Shown in pieces: positions 14,335 to 26,800 of a stretch of DNA of 64,000 nucleotides; position 1 is the first letter of the stretch; every line of letters starts with the position of its first letter. The stretch is taken from positions 72,416,001-72,480,000 of the forward strand of contig OX597819.1 in NCBI GenBank assembly GCA_951406725.2, read 5' to 3'. The notes under the pieces were generated by a model. The model saw only the letters and a list, made by a program, of their open reading frames with translations, searched no databases and was not told the DNA's origin. Both the position numbers and the translations under genes were made by a program. This DNA comes from Octopus vulgaris. Taxonomy: Eukaryota.

Positions 14335-14372
<38 letters not shown>

Positions 14373-14557
14373 GACAGAGAGAGAGAGAGAGAGCGACAGA
14401 CAGAGAGAGAGAGCGACAGACAGAGGGAGAGAGCGACAGACAGAGGGAGAGAGGGAGAGAGAGAGAGCGACAGACAGAGAGAGAGAGCGACAGACAGAGA
14501 GAGAGAGCGACAGACAGAGAGAGAGAGCGACAGACAGAGAGAGAGAGAGCGACAGAC

Positions 14558-14600
<43 letters not shown>

Positions 14601-16592
14601 CAGAGAGAGAGAGAGCGACAGGCAGAGAGAGAGAGAGCGACAGGCAGAGAGAGAGAGAGCGACAGGCAGAGAGAGAGAGAGCGACAGGCAGAGAGAGAGA
14701 GAGCGACAGGCAGAGAGAGAGAGAGAGCGACAGGCAGAGAGAGAGAGAGAGCGACAGGCAGAGAGAGAGAGAGAGCGACAGGCAGAGAGAGAGAGAGAGC
14801 GACAGACAGAGAGAGAGAGAGAGCGACAGACAGAGAGAGAGAGAGACAGCGACAGACAGAGAGAGAGAGACAGCGACAGACAGAGAGAGAGAGAGAGAGA
14901 GACAGCGACAGACAGAGAGAGAGAGACAGCGACAGACAGAGAGAGAGAGAGACAGCGACAGACAGAGAGAGAGAGAGACAGCGACAGACAGAGAGAGAGA
15001 GACAGCGACAGACAGAGAGAGAGAGAGACAGCGACAGACAGAGAGAGAGAGAGACAGCGACAGACAGAGAGAGAGAGAGACAGCGACAGACAGAGAGAGA
15101 GAGAGACAGCGACAGACAGAGAGAGAGAGAGAGACAGCGACAGACAGAGAGAGAGAGAGACAGCGACAGACAGAGAGAGAGAGAGACAGCGACAGACAGA
15201 GAGAGAGAGAGACAGCGACAGACAGAGAGAGAGAGAGAGAGAGAGAGACAGCGACAGACAGAGAGAGAGAGAGACAGCGACAGACAGAGAGAGAGAGAGA
15301 CAGCGACAGACAGAGAGAGAGAGACAGCGACAGACAGAGAGAGAGAGACAGCGACAGACAGAGAGAGAGAGACAGCGACAGAGAGAGAGAGACAGCGACA
15401 GAGAGAGAGAGACAGCGACAGAGAGAGAGAGAGACAGCGACAGAGAGAGAGAGAGACAGCGACAGAGAGAGAGAGACAGCGACAGAGAGAGAGACAGCGA
15501 CAGAGAAAGAGAGAGAGACAGCGACAGAGAAAGAGAGAGAGACAGCGACAGAGAAAGAGAGAGAGACAGCGACAGAGAGAGAGAGAGAGACAGCGACAGA
15601 GAGAGAGAGAGACAGCGACAGAGAGAGAGAGAGACAGCGACAGAGAGAGAGAGAGACAGCGACAGAGAGAGAGAGAGACAGCGACAGACAGAGAGAGAGA
15701 CAGCGACAGACAGAGAGAGAGAGACAGCGACAGAGAGAGAGAGAGACAGCGACAGAGAGAGAGAGAGACAGCGACAGAGAGAGACAGCGACAGAGAGAGA
15801 GAGAGACAGCGACAGCGACAGAGAGAGACATCGACAGAGAGAGAGAGAGACAGCGACAGAGAGAGAGAGAGACAGCGACAGAGAGAGAGAGAGACAGCGA
15901 CAGAGAGAGAGAGAGACAGCGACAGAGAGAGAGAGACAGCGACAGAGAGAGAGAGAGAGACAGCGACAGAGAGAGAGAGAGAGACAGCGACAGAGAGAGA
16001 GAGACAGCGACAGAGAGAGAGAGACAGCGACAGAGAGAGAGAGACAGCGACAGAGAGAGAGAGACAGCGACAGAGAGAGAGAGACAGCGACAGAGAGAGA
16101 GAGACAGCGACAGAGAGAGAGAGACAGCGACAGAGAGAGAGAGACAGCGACAGAGAGAGAGAGACGGCGACAGAGAGAGAGAGACGGCGACAGAGAGAGA
16201 GAGAGACGGCGACAGAGAGAGAGAGAGACGGCGACAGAGAGAGAGAGACGGCGACAGAGAGAGAGAGACGGCGACAGAGAGAGAGAGACGGCGACAGAGA
16301 GAGAGAGACGGCGACAGAGAGAGAGAGACGGCGACAGAGAGAGAGAGACGGCGACAGAGAGAGAGAGACGGCGACAGAGAGAGAGAGACGGCGACAGAGA
16401 GAGAGAGACAACGACAGAGAGAGAGAGAGACAGCGACAGAGAGAGAGAGAGACAGCGACAGAGAGAGAGAGAGACAGCGACAGAGAGAGAGAGAGACAAC
16501 GACAGAGAGAGAGAGAGACAGCGACAGAGAGAGAGAGAGACAGCGACAGAGAGAGAGAGAGAGAGCAACAGAGAGAGAGAGAGAGTGACAGA
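14161..16592. repeat. 2.4-kb GA-based minisatellite with GCGACA-containing cores
   Basis: (GA)n spacers are separated by GCGACAGACA, GCGACAGGCA, CAGCGACAGACA, CAGCGACA and CGGCGACA cores in successive blocks. Confidence 0.97.
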
Positions 16593-17575
16593 CATATTTA
16601 CATTTGTGCATCTCGAAATGTTGAGAAACACAAATACAGATGTTGTTCGTCTTGTCAATAAATCACTTGTTGAACTGTATTAAACATAGAAACACACACA
16701 CAGTCCTACCTTATCAAACATGCTGATTGCATTGTGTCTACTACCAAGCTAGCTTACCAGTCATTAACTCACTTCATACACACACACACACCCACACAAG
16801 TACTATGCAGAGGTACAATTCACATTTTTTTTTTTAATTATAGCTTCCCAAGAAAAGGCAAATCAGAAAAACCACTTTTAATGTTTCCTCTTTAGAACCA
16901 TTGCATGAAAACAACTTCAAGAGCCCTAACAAAACACTAAATTTCACATCAAGAACTTGACATTCGAAAATTATAATTTCTATGCGTAACTTAAGAGAAG
17001 GAAAAGATTTTAGCTTTTTGAATATTTTTTACGACTAGCCTCCTGTTTACGACTTTCTAATTTTCAATTGAAATGCTTTTCTAAAAGAAAATGACCCCCC
17101 CCAAAAAATTCCATTTTCTGTTTTGCTTATTATTAAAAGACTTCTATCTTGGGATAAATATGTTACACATAAACAACAACATCTTGCAGAACATCCTTCA
17201 TGTCAATTATGCCAATTAACTCTAATCAACAAGTATATTAGAGGTTCTTGCATCTTTGAAATGAAATTGGTTCAAACTTAAGTGTGAGCAAGTGTTAGGG
17301 AAGAGGAAAGTAAGTGGCAGCAGCTAACTTGGTTTGGAGAAAAAATGGAAACCTTAAATTTGAGTGACGTTTATTTAAAATGAATAAAGGAAACTTAGGG
17401 AAGAGATTAACAACAAAAGAAAATTTAATTTTGGAACAAAACAAGGCCCTGAAATAACTGCCCCCACCCACCCAATTGCACAGATTGTTTAGTTCTTTAT
17501 CATTAATTAATTAATTAGATATGTAATTATTTCGTTTCGATAGCTAGGGATCAGACTTTTTTTCTCTTTCTCAAT

Positions 17576-17912
17576 GGCACAAGCATGGTTAGGTGGTTAT
17601 GACGCTTAACCGTATGGTCCCAAGTTCAGTCCCACCGCATGGCATGTTGAGCAAGTGTGTTTTACTACATCCCTGGTCCCAACCAAAGTCTTGTCAGTGG
17701 ATTTGGCAGGTGGAAACATGTCCATAACCCACCACCACAGCTTGGCAATAGGTGGTATGTATCTATAACTTAGCAGTACAGCAATAGAGACCAACAAAAA
17801 GTACCAAACTAAAAAAAAACTACTGGGTTAGATTTGTTCAACTAAAAAGAAAAAAAGCATCAAGGTGGTGCCCCAGAATGGCCACAATCCAATGACTAAA
17901 ACAAGTAAAAGA
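17576..17912 (+). mobile_element. Family A CORE-like SINE
   Basis: tRNA-like head, GTTCAGTCCCAC B-box region, TTGAGCAAGTGT core and GACTAAAACAAGTAAAAGA tail. Confidence 0.75.
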
Positions 17913-17955
17913 TGAGGTCTTAAAACAATAACAGTATGGGGGGAGTAACAAATCA

Positions 17956-18313
17956 GATTTTCAGTCATTAAAGTGTGGTCATGCTGGAGCACTGCTTTTA
18001 AGGATGTTTAGTCAAATGAGTTAATTCAGTACTTTCTCTTTTTGAAGCCTGGGACTTGTTCTATTGGTCTCTTTTCCCAAACCACTAAGTCATGGGGGAA
18101 TAAACAAACATTGGTTGTCAAGCAGTGGTTGGGGGTGGGGTAAACAGAAAGAGACAATGGCTTTCTTTCAGTTTCCATCTACCAAATCCACTCATGAGGC
18201 TTTGGTTAATTCAAGGTTATAGAAGACACTTGCCCAATGTGCCACACAGTGGAACTGAACCCAGAATCCTGTGGGTGAGAAGTAAACTTCTTACCACACT
18301 GCCATGCCTGCAT
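17956..18313 (-). mobile_element. Family A CORE-like SINE, inverted relative to the adjacent copy
   Basis: Reverse complement of the family A consensus, tail-to-tail with 17576-17912. Confidence 0.75.
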
Positions 18314-18718
18314 CTATGTAAATATAAAACGTAACACCATAAAAATCCTCCAGACCATTCCTGGCCTGTCAATCGTGGCTGCTGAAAACTTCTGGACATG
18401 GATCTGCAATTGTCACTAAGAATGGACATGAAACAAATTCTACCCCCTTTTCTGCTGAGGAAGCCCTTTAGTTTTGTTAGCTATAAGGCAACCTCACAAG
18501 ATCTTGGTGCAACGAAGAAAAAAATATACACCCAATACTAGCTGGCATAAAGGGCATACTACCAATCAAACTATACCAAAACCAAGGCAGTGGAATGAGA
18601 TGGGGTCCCTTGAGTTATTGGATACAGTCAAACTGTCCAACCCTTGCCAGCAATAGAAAGCAGATACCAAGTGATGATGAAATATAAGTGCATATTGACC
18701 TTAAATTTTTATTTGTTG

Positions 18719-18816
<98 letters not shown>

Positions 18817-19049
18817 ACATACAAGTTGTATGAGTATGTGACACAAAAATAGTTTCATATCAAGTTTAAGGGCTTATCAAATTTCACATTCTATTGTAGC
18901 TATCATCCTATGACATTCCAACTTTCAACAGACATATCAATTTAATCTTTTTTTTTCTTCTTAAAAGCAATAATTAATGCATCAAATATCCAGTAGTTCC
19001 CTTAATGCTTTTGTCTCCCCCACCCCACACACACCTGATCTTTCCTTCA

Positions 19050-19545
19050 ATTATTATTATTAGTTTGTCCATCATTGTCAATGATGACCAAGGACATCAC
19101 ATGGGATAAGACAACGCACAGTGTGTCCAACTATGAGTCAATCGACCCAATACATGCTTGGAAGGCTCTGCAGCAGATGGGGCACTGGTGTTGCATTGGG
19201 ACCGAAGGCAAAGAGATGGCTCTGCTCTCATGTAATTTGTTTTCTTTGTGCCTCTGAAATTCTGTTTTGCATATAGGTGGCACTTCTGTTGGTTCATCTT
19301 TGCCAGGGTGGAGGCTCTTTTATTTGCATTTCTCAGATGTCAGGGTTGATTTCAAAGTTCTTAGACTGAGGGTCTTCTGGAAGACCCACTTTTTCAGCCC
19401 ACCTTCCATACACTTGCCTTCCAGTCTCTTGGAGAGTCGCATGTCAGGCATTTGAAGCAGAGGCCCAGAATGCAATCAAGCTTCTCTCAAATGGCAAGGT
19501 ACCTTCAAATATACATTGCTGCTAGCATCATTTTCCTGGCTGATT
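19050..19545 (-). mobile_element. 3' end of an RTE-clade LINE (degenerate RT C-terminus, Cys/His motif, (TAA)n tail)
   Basis: Broken frames give QMPDMRLSK...GGLKK...KNFEINPD and HQCPICCRAFQACIG...LTHSWTH, matching RTE C-termini (RMPDxRLPK, GGQKKR, CPxCGRAF...LxSHxRTH). A TAATAATAA tail follows. Confidence 0.75.
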
Positions 19546-19910
19546 ATTCTTTTGTTTCAGTCATCTGACAGTGGTCATGCTGGAGCGCCACCTTTAGTCA
19601 AACAAATCAACTCCAGGATTTATTCTTTGTAAGCCTAGTACTTATTCTATCAGTCTCTTTTGCCAAACCACTAAGTTATGGGGATATAAACACACCATTG
19701 GTTGTCAAGCGATGTTGGGGGGACAAACACAGACCCAAACATATATATACATCTATACAATGGGCTTCTTTTAGTTTCCATCTACCAAATCCACTCACAA
19801 AGCTTTGGTTGGCCTGAGGCAAGACACTTGCCCAAGGTGCCATGCAGTGGGAATGAACCCGGAACCATGTGGTTGGTAAGCAAGCTACTTACCACACAGC
19901 CACTCCTTCA
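19545..19910 (-). mobile_element. Family A CORE-like SINE, CpG-decayed
   Basis: Colinear with 58835-59232 but with CG to TG/CA changes. Confidence 0.85.
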
Positions 19911-21456
19911 CCTATTTTTTAGAATGATATTGAATGTGTGAGAGGCCAGATATGGCCAGTTTGAACACAAAGAAGGTAAAATATTAGGGCTAGATATGGT
20001 CAGTTTAAATGCTAAAGGGTTGAAATACAATTAAAACACTATTCAAAATGTAAGACAAAACATTGAAAATGAAATTTATTCTCAACATGTGGAAATTCAT
20101 ACACACACACATACCCTTTCTTCATCTCCATGAGGAGTGAGAGTGTGTGTGGCATTCACTCACTGCCTGCTATGCAGTAATCTTGCACTTTATGTTAACT
20201 CTTTCTCTCACAAATTGACATATAGTGAAAATGGAGAAATCGACCCAGCCAGCATATGTACTTATACTGGCCAGTATTATTACTGAGCTCTGCTTGTAAT
20301 AATAAAAAAAATAAAGTAAACAGTCAGACTCTTTGTGAGTAACTGTTAAACACCTTCCAGACATCTTGCAGCCACTGGTGACATATTCTTGGCCCCGTTA
20401 CCAGTCAGTGCCAATTACATCACAGAAATATCAGATCTTATCTGATATCTTAATTGCTGTGGTTCATATTCCTTTAGCCTGGACTAGTTGCTCCTTGTGG
20501 CAATGCATTACCATCTCTTGTAATGCTTGGCACCATTTTCTTCATTAACCAGAACTTCTCAGATAAAGATATTCTAAATTTAGAACAAAAATATGTTTTT
20601 ATCAGGAGTGTTTAGTTCAAAGAGTGCAAAAATCATCTCCAATCTAAATTTCCAAGGATTCAGTTTCATAATTACACTTTTTACTTCTTTTAGCTGTTTC
20701 AGACTGTAGCCATGCTGGAGCACCACCTTGAGATTTGGTCGAAGAAATCTACTTGGGTACTTTTTTTAAAGTTTGGTACATATTCTACCAGTCTCTTTTG
20801 CCAAACCACTAAGCAAAAGGGACATAAACCAATACCACTTACCAAATAGTGGGTGGGGGACAAGACACACATACATACAATAGGCTTCCACAGTCTTTAC
20901 CAAATTTACCCACAAGGCTTTGGTCAGTCCAGAGCTATAGAAGAGAGTTGCCCAAAGTGCCATGCAGTGAGATTGAACCCAAAATCATGCGACTGCAAAA
21001 AAAACAGCCACATTGAAAATTTGAAGATTATTAATTTGTCAATGTGTGTTATACAACAGTATGAAGTCAGATCAAAATTTATCTTATTCATAGACAGAGA
21101 CTCAAAGGAACTAAAACAGCATTAAAAGCCAACATTCCTAAAATTTTGCACCAATTCCTTATGATGGACATTCATGTAAAAAGCATTAGTGTTGGAAGCT
21201 GATGTTGGTGCCACATAAAAAAAAGCACCAGACACATCATCGAAGGAGTGAACAAATGGTTTGGTGACAGAACTGACAATGCAATCACTCACAACTTTCC
21301 TAAAATGCAAATGAAACATGCACAATGAACTTTTTTCAGTTTTTGTCATCTAAATTTAGGTTTTGGTTGGCCCAGAACTTTAAAAAAAAAAAAACACTTG
21401 TCCAAGATGCAACACAGTGATATGAACCCAAAACAAAGAGGGAGGAAAGTGAAGTA

Positions 21457-21674
21457 CAATAATCCCTCCCCATATTGCATTTCACCTATCATGGTTTATT
21501 ATTTAAGCTTACGTCGGTTCCTCTGTGGTGTTGTTTTGCATTTATAATAAAATATATACAAATAATAAAAATAATTTTAAAATATATGGAGTACAGTACT
21601 GTTTCTACTTCATGGATTTTCACCTATCATGAGGAGTTTTGGAACGTAACACCCGCGGTAGTCAAGGGATACTG
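21457..21674. mobile_element. pogo/Tigger-like MITE (decayed sister of 61768-61972)
   Basis: TA|CAATAATCCCTC...CAAGGGATACTG|TA termini and a shared GGAACGTAACACCCGCG subterminal sequence. Confidence 0.75.
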
Positions 21675-24600
21675 TATTTACCCACTCTAAAGCCTGGATC
21701 AATTTTGAGACCAATAAAAAGAAAACTAATATTGAATCAAGTGTTTATAATAAAGATAGTTATTGAGTGCTCAAATCATGTTGAGTAAATAACACTAACT
21801 CTTAAAATCATCATTTAAAATGCATTTTCCATGCTGGAAAGAAGGCATCCAACTGTAGAGACATTGCGAAAACAGACATGAAGATCTAATGCAACTGTGA
21901 CTCATCAGACCCTACCAAACCATCCTACCCAGGCCAGCAGGGAAAATGAAAATAGATGCTGAATGAGGACAGGTTTCTCTATAGAAATAGAATCAGATAA
22001 ACCAAAGTTAAGTAACTTGTCTACATATGGAATTAGCATATGCAGACATGAACAATGCTGTCATTACAAAGTAATTTAACTATTTTGTACGTTAATGACA
22101 GATCCTTTTGTAACAAGCTGTCATCGTTTTAATATCCACTTTTCTATGTTTGCATGGGTTGGGCAGAGTTTACTGAGGCAGATTTTCTACAGCTGGATGC
22201 CCTTCCTGCCACCAACCCATACCCAAGTAAGATATTATTTCCATGGCCAGACGCCTTTTCACAGAATATCAGAAATGAATGACACTCCCTGTAGGACATG
22301 CAATGCCAAGGCAAGGAGAAACACACACTCACACACACACACACACAAGCTTCTTTCAGTTTTTTCTACCAAATCCAGTAACAAAGATTTGGTCAGCTTG
22401 GGGATATAGAAAACACTTGCCAAAAAGGTGCCATGCAATGGGATTAAAACCCAAAGCCATGTGATTACGAAGTAAACTTCTCAACTACATAGCTATGCCT
22501 GCAGTATATAAATAAATAGACAATAACGAAGACATTACAGATACTTTTGGAAATATTTTTGTTTCTTATTAAACAAGTCAAACAAGTTATATAGTTTAAG
22601 ATTCAAAGCAATTATGAAAATCACACCAATATTACATCACATTAACAAAACAACAAATATGAACTATCCTAAAAAAAAAAGTTAAAAAAAAACAAAGATT
22701 ATCTAATGCTGAAACAATGAAACTCATTAAAAGGGAGAAAATGAAAAAAGGCAGCCAAGTAGCTGGACCAATTGTCAATGAGTGAATCCAAGTCAGAACT
22801 ATTGACACTAACCATGGTACACTTCTCATGAAACCAGTTTAGACTTTGTGACTCAAGAAACTTTCAGAAATTCTGGCTCTCATTCAAACGAATGCGACAA
22901 ACCAGTTGACCTCACAATCTTTGGTGAGTTCAGTTATGGGGGATGGGGGGGCTAAGGGATAATTTTTTTTTTTAGTGATTTTAGGGAAAGAGGATTGGCA
23001 TAATGATTTTCCTCAAGTGGTGCCACCTTAAAAGTGCTTGTGTCAGTGCCACCCAAAAAGCAGCCATGCCACCTAAAGACCATTCAGTATACACTGCAAA
23101 GTGGTTGGTGTTAGGAAGAGCCTCCAGCCATACAAGCCATGCCAAAACAGACAACTGTGGCCTGATGAAGCACTCTGGCTTGCCAGTTCCTGTCAAACTA
23201 TCGTCCACCCCATACCAGCATGGAAAATGGAATTTAAATGATGTTGAAGACATAAAAACAGGATTTTATTTTGTAATGTTGCAAAAATCTTAAGGGTAAA
23301 GTGATTTTTCTTTAAAAAAAAAAATAAATAAATAAAATTTTGAGGGAGAAATGATAGTCATGTTAGAAGACTTAAAGAAAAAAGTAATGTTATCAAAAAA
23401 AATGAATTTTATGTTGAGGTGATTAAATAGAATCTAATAAAAGATACCTAAGTCAATGAACCTGGAGTTAGTGAAGGAAATCCAATTAGAAATTATCTTA
23501 ATAACAAACTTCTTCATTAACAAAAGAGAAAACATGGTTAACCACCTCCCAATGTTCTCAATTGTAATTCCATTAAAGTCATATACCTTGATATTATGTG
23601 GCACATTTAACTTCCTTTCAGCTCTTCACAAATATGACATCTGACAGGTTGTTATTACAACAGTGACAGACAGTGGGGGGAGGGGGCTATTAGAACTGTC
23701 TATTCGTCATAAACACTTGCAACAACCAAGCCACACTCTTAGCTGTTGATACCAACTACTTTATTACAGATATTATGGCATCCCAAAACTAGGTAACTTC
23801 TGCAAAGGTAACCATCAGTTCTCAACACTTGGTTACTCTATAAAACATTGGCTGGAACAGGTCCATTATTTTCAGTCATTCTAAACTACAGCCAAGAACA
23901 AGGTATTTGATTGCCACACCACTCATTAATACACAACTAAATATAACCACCACCGTCTTCTCCCAACATTTCCTGGCCTTCCCAACGAACAAGCTATTTA
24001 CCATCTCTGTCCAGTACGCCTGCTTTTTTCTCCTTGCCTCAATTCCCAACAACCCCCAGAACTTACCATTTCTAATTGCCTCACTAACCAGGTTTTCTTC
24101 TCCCTGCAGTCATCATCAACATGCAAGCTACAAATTAATCACCACAACAACTGCAGACAGATGATTGCTAAGCAATATTGATTTTTCTGACCATGTTTTT
24201 ACATTTAGCAATGGTGAAATATTTTCAAACACATAATATTACAATCTACTAGAACAACCTTTGTCATATTGCCTCAATCCCTAGACAGGAGGAAGCTTAC
24301 ATAACTGACAGTTTGACCTGAATACTACCAGGTAAGAAAGAAAGTATTTCGTTCTAAATAAAAAGATTTGCCCACAAAATGTAAAGTGATGTTCTCAAAT
24401 TAAGAAAAAAATTCAAAATTGAATAAAGGCAGATTAAAATTTTTTTCTCCTTTTAACATTTATTACATTTAGTAAGTAAATTATCTGCAACATGTTTATA
24501 ATCTTTCATTTACATGATACACTTCTATTAAAACTGCTACTATTATTACTACTACTGCTGTTGCTGTCGGCCTGCATATATAATAACTACTCAAAGTTAA

Positions 24601-24765
24601 AGAAATGAATAGGTACACAAACTTTCACAAGTTGGCTGTGACATACCATCTACTGTAGTTATTAAACTACGGACAGCAGTTAGAAAAAAAAAAAACACCT
24701 ATGATTAGTAAGCTTTATATTTCTCTCACTTCTGGTATATACATTTAATAATTATATCATTAACA

Positions 24766-25120
24766 TGGCACAGGAGTAGCTGTGTGGTGTGAAGCTTGCT
24801 TCCCAACCACATGGCTCCAGGTTTAGGCCCACTAATTGGCACCTTGGGCAAGTGTCTCCTACTATAGCCTCGGGCCGGCCACAGCCTTGTGAGTGGATTT
24901 GGTAGACAGAAATTGAAAGAAGCCCGGCATACATGTGTGTGTTTTCTCTTCCCACCATTGCTTGACAACCGATGTGTGTTTATGTCCCCGAAACTCAACA
25001 GTTCGGCAAAAGAGACTGATAGAATCAGTACTAGGCTTACAAAGAATAAGTCCAGGAGTCAATTTCTTTGACTGAAGGTGGTGCTCCAGCATGGCCACAG
25101 TCAAATGACAAACAAGTAAA
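24766..25120 (+). mobile_element. Family A CORE-like SINE, relatively young copy
   Basis: Full head-to-tail copy with GGCACCTTGGGCAAGTGTC core. It keeps several CpGs (GCCTCGGGCCGG). Confidence 0.85.
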
Positions 25121-25159
25121 ACATTTTTCAAACAAGTTATTCAGAATTAGATCAATTTA

Positions 25160-25440
25160 CATATACCCACAGGTATTATGGCATAGTGGTTAAGAGTGCA
25201 GGCTACTAACCCCAAGATTCCAAGTTTGATTCCAGGCAGTGGCCTGAATAATAATAGTAATAATAATAATAATAATAACATAGAAAAATACCTTAGGAAT
25301 GAGAACCCAGGTTTGAAATTTCCCCCAAGACACCTGATGAAGGCTGGAGGGTATATCAGCTGAAACGTTGTGTTAACAACAAACAAGATGAGGATGTAAA
25401 TAATGTAATTAATTCCTCATCTCTTAAATATAGAACTGTA
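25160..25440 (+). mobile_element. tRNA-headed SINE with an (AAT)n linker and a 3' hammerhead-ribozyme motif; 12-bp TSD
   Basis: TSD TAGATCAATTTA at 25148-25159 and 25441-25452. A-box-like TGGCATAGTGG and B-box-like GTTTGATTCC. Hammerhead-like core at 25329-25374. Confidence 0.8.
25329..25374 (+). ncRNA. Minimal type-I hammerhead ribozyme motif (Penelope-like-element type)
   Basis: GACAC-CUGAUGA(A)-GGCUG[GAGGGUAUAU]CAGCU-GAAAC-GUU-GUGUU. Stem I is GACAC/GUGUU, stem II is GGCUG/CAGCU, stem III is the palindromic ACGU, and the cleavage triplet is GUU. Confidence 0.65.
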
Positions 25441-25529
25441 TAGATCAATTTAGTTTTATGAAAGGAAAGACTTCTAGTACTTTCTGCAAATAAACCGAAT
25501 GCAAAATAAATTCAATTATTATTATTATT

Positions 25530-25990
25530 AAGGCAGCAAACTGGCAGAATTGTCAGCATGCCGAACAAAATGATTGGCGGTATTTTGCCTGTCGCTAGGT
25601 TCTGAGTTCAAATTCTGCTGAGGTTGACTTTGCCTTTTATCCTTTCAGGGTTGGTAAATTGAGTACCAGTTGAGTATGATGGGGGGTTTCGATGCGATCG
25701 ACTCAATCCCTTCCCCCAAATTTCAGGCCTTTGTGCCTATAGTAGAATGGATTATTACTGTTATTAATATTATTATTATGGCAGCAATCTGACAATCGTT
25801 ACTATGCCAGACAAAAGGCTGCTAAGCATCTGTCTTCATGTTCTGAGTTCAAATTTCATCAAGTTCAGCTTTGCTTTTCAGGGAGTGGGGGCAATAAATT
25901 AAGTGCCAATTACACACTGGGATTGATGTAATCAACTAGTCCCCTCCCCCAAAATTATTAGCCTTGTGCTAAAATTTGAAACCAATATTA
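25530..25990 (+). mobile_element. Two tandem Meta-like SINE copies
   Basis: Heads GGCAGCAAACTGGCAGAAT and GGCAGCAATCTGACAATC, B-box GAGTTCAAATT, and GTTGACTTTGCCTTTTATCCTTTCAGGG domain. Confidence 0.75.
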
Positions 25991-26239
25991 ACATATAGTA
26001 CAAGAGAAATTAAAAGATCAGGTGGTGCTATTAAGTTGGGCATGGCCTGGGCCAATCTTGGTCAAGACCCCTTGGGTGGGTACTATATTTTTATGGAAAT
26101 ATTCTATGCACTGCATTTGTATAAATTTAGAAACTGAAATTGGTTAGATAATGTCATTATTGAAGCTGGTGTTTCAAACATTAACATGAAATTTTGATGG
26201 CAGATTTTAGTTTAGATCACTTTTAAACAGGAAATTTCA

Positions 26240-26800
26240 CATTACATTATTTACATTTGATGGATATTTGTCCTCATCTTGTTTGTTGTTAACACATTTC
26301 GGCTGATATACCCTCTAGCCTTCTTCAGGAGTCTTTGGGAAATTTTGAACCTGGGTTCTCATTCCTAAGGTATTTTTCAATATTATTATTATTATTATTA
26401 AGTGAGAGAGCAGTGCATGCCATCAAAGTGACACTGGGGTAAAATATACGAAGCCCAGTATACCCATCATGACTACCTGTCTGATAAGGCTATACAGGTA
26501 CATGCATCAATCACAACCATATGTGCGCGACATGGTGATCTCATATCAAGATTAACACAACGCATGACCTTGCGGGTGGTGCCCAGTTAGAATTTTCTTC
26601 TGGTCAGATAACCCATCCTGCTCAAAAGGTCCCTGAATAAGGGTTGTTTAAGGATGTTGAACGAAACACCCATGCTTCCAGAGGTGAATTATTCAAACCC
26701 CAAAGAATCCCTCTCAACACATGGCTATGATGCTCCCATCATTATTATTATTATTATTATTATTACTATTATTCAGGTCACTACCTGGAATCGAACTCAC
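26240..26800 (-). mobile_element. Second, 5'-truncated copy of the hammerhead-SINE, interrupted by an about 340-bp insertion in its (AAT)n tract
   Basis: Reverse complement matches 25220-25410 (GTTCGATTCCAGG...GAAAAATACCTTAGGAATGAGAACCCAGG...CTGAAGAAGGCTAGAGGGTATATCAGCCGAAA). The insert at 26400-26740 is flanked by ATT repeats. Confidence 0.75.

Noticed and set aside
14161-16592. Repeat-spacer appearance resembling a CRISPR array
   Set aside because: Spacers are (GA)n rather than unique sequence, there are no cas genes, and the context is eukaryotic.
14006-16661. Four ORFs of more than 800 aa (SLSL.../ERER...)
   Set aside because: They result from a stop-free GA-rich satellite open in several frames on both strands; no coding signal.
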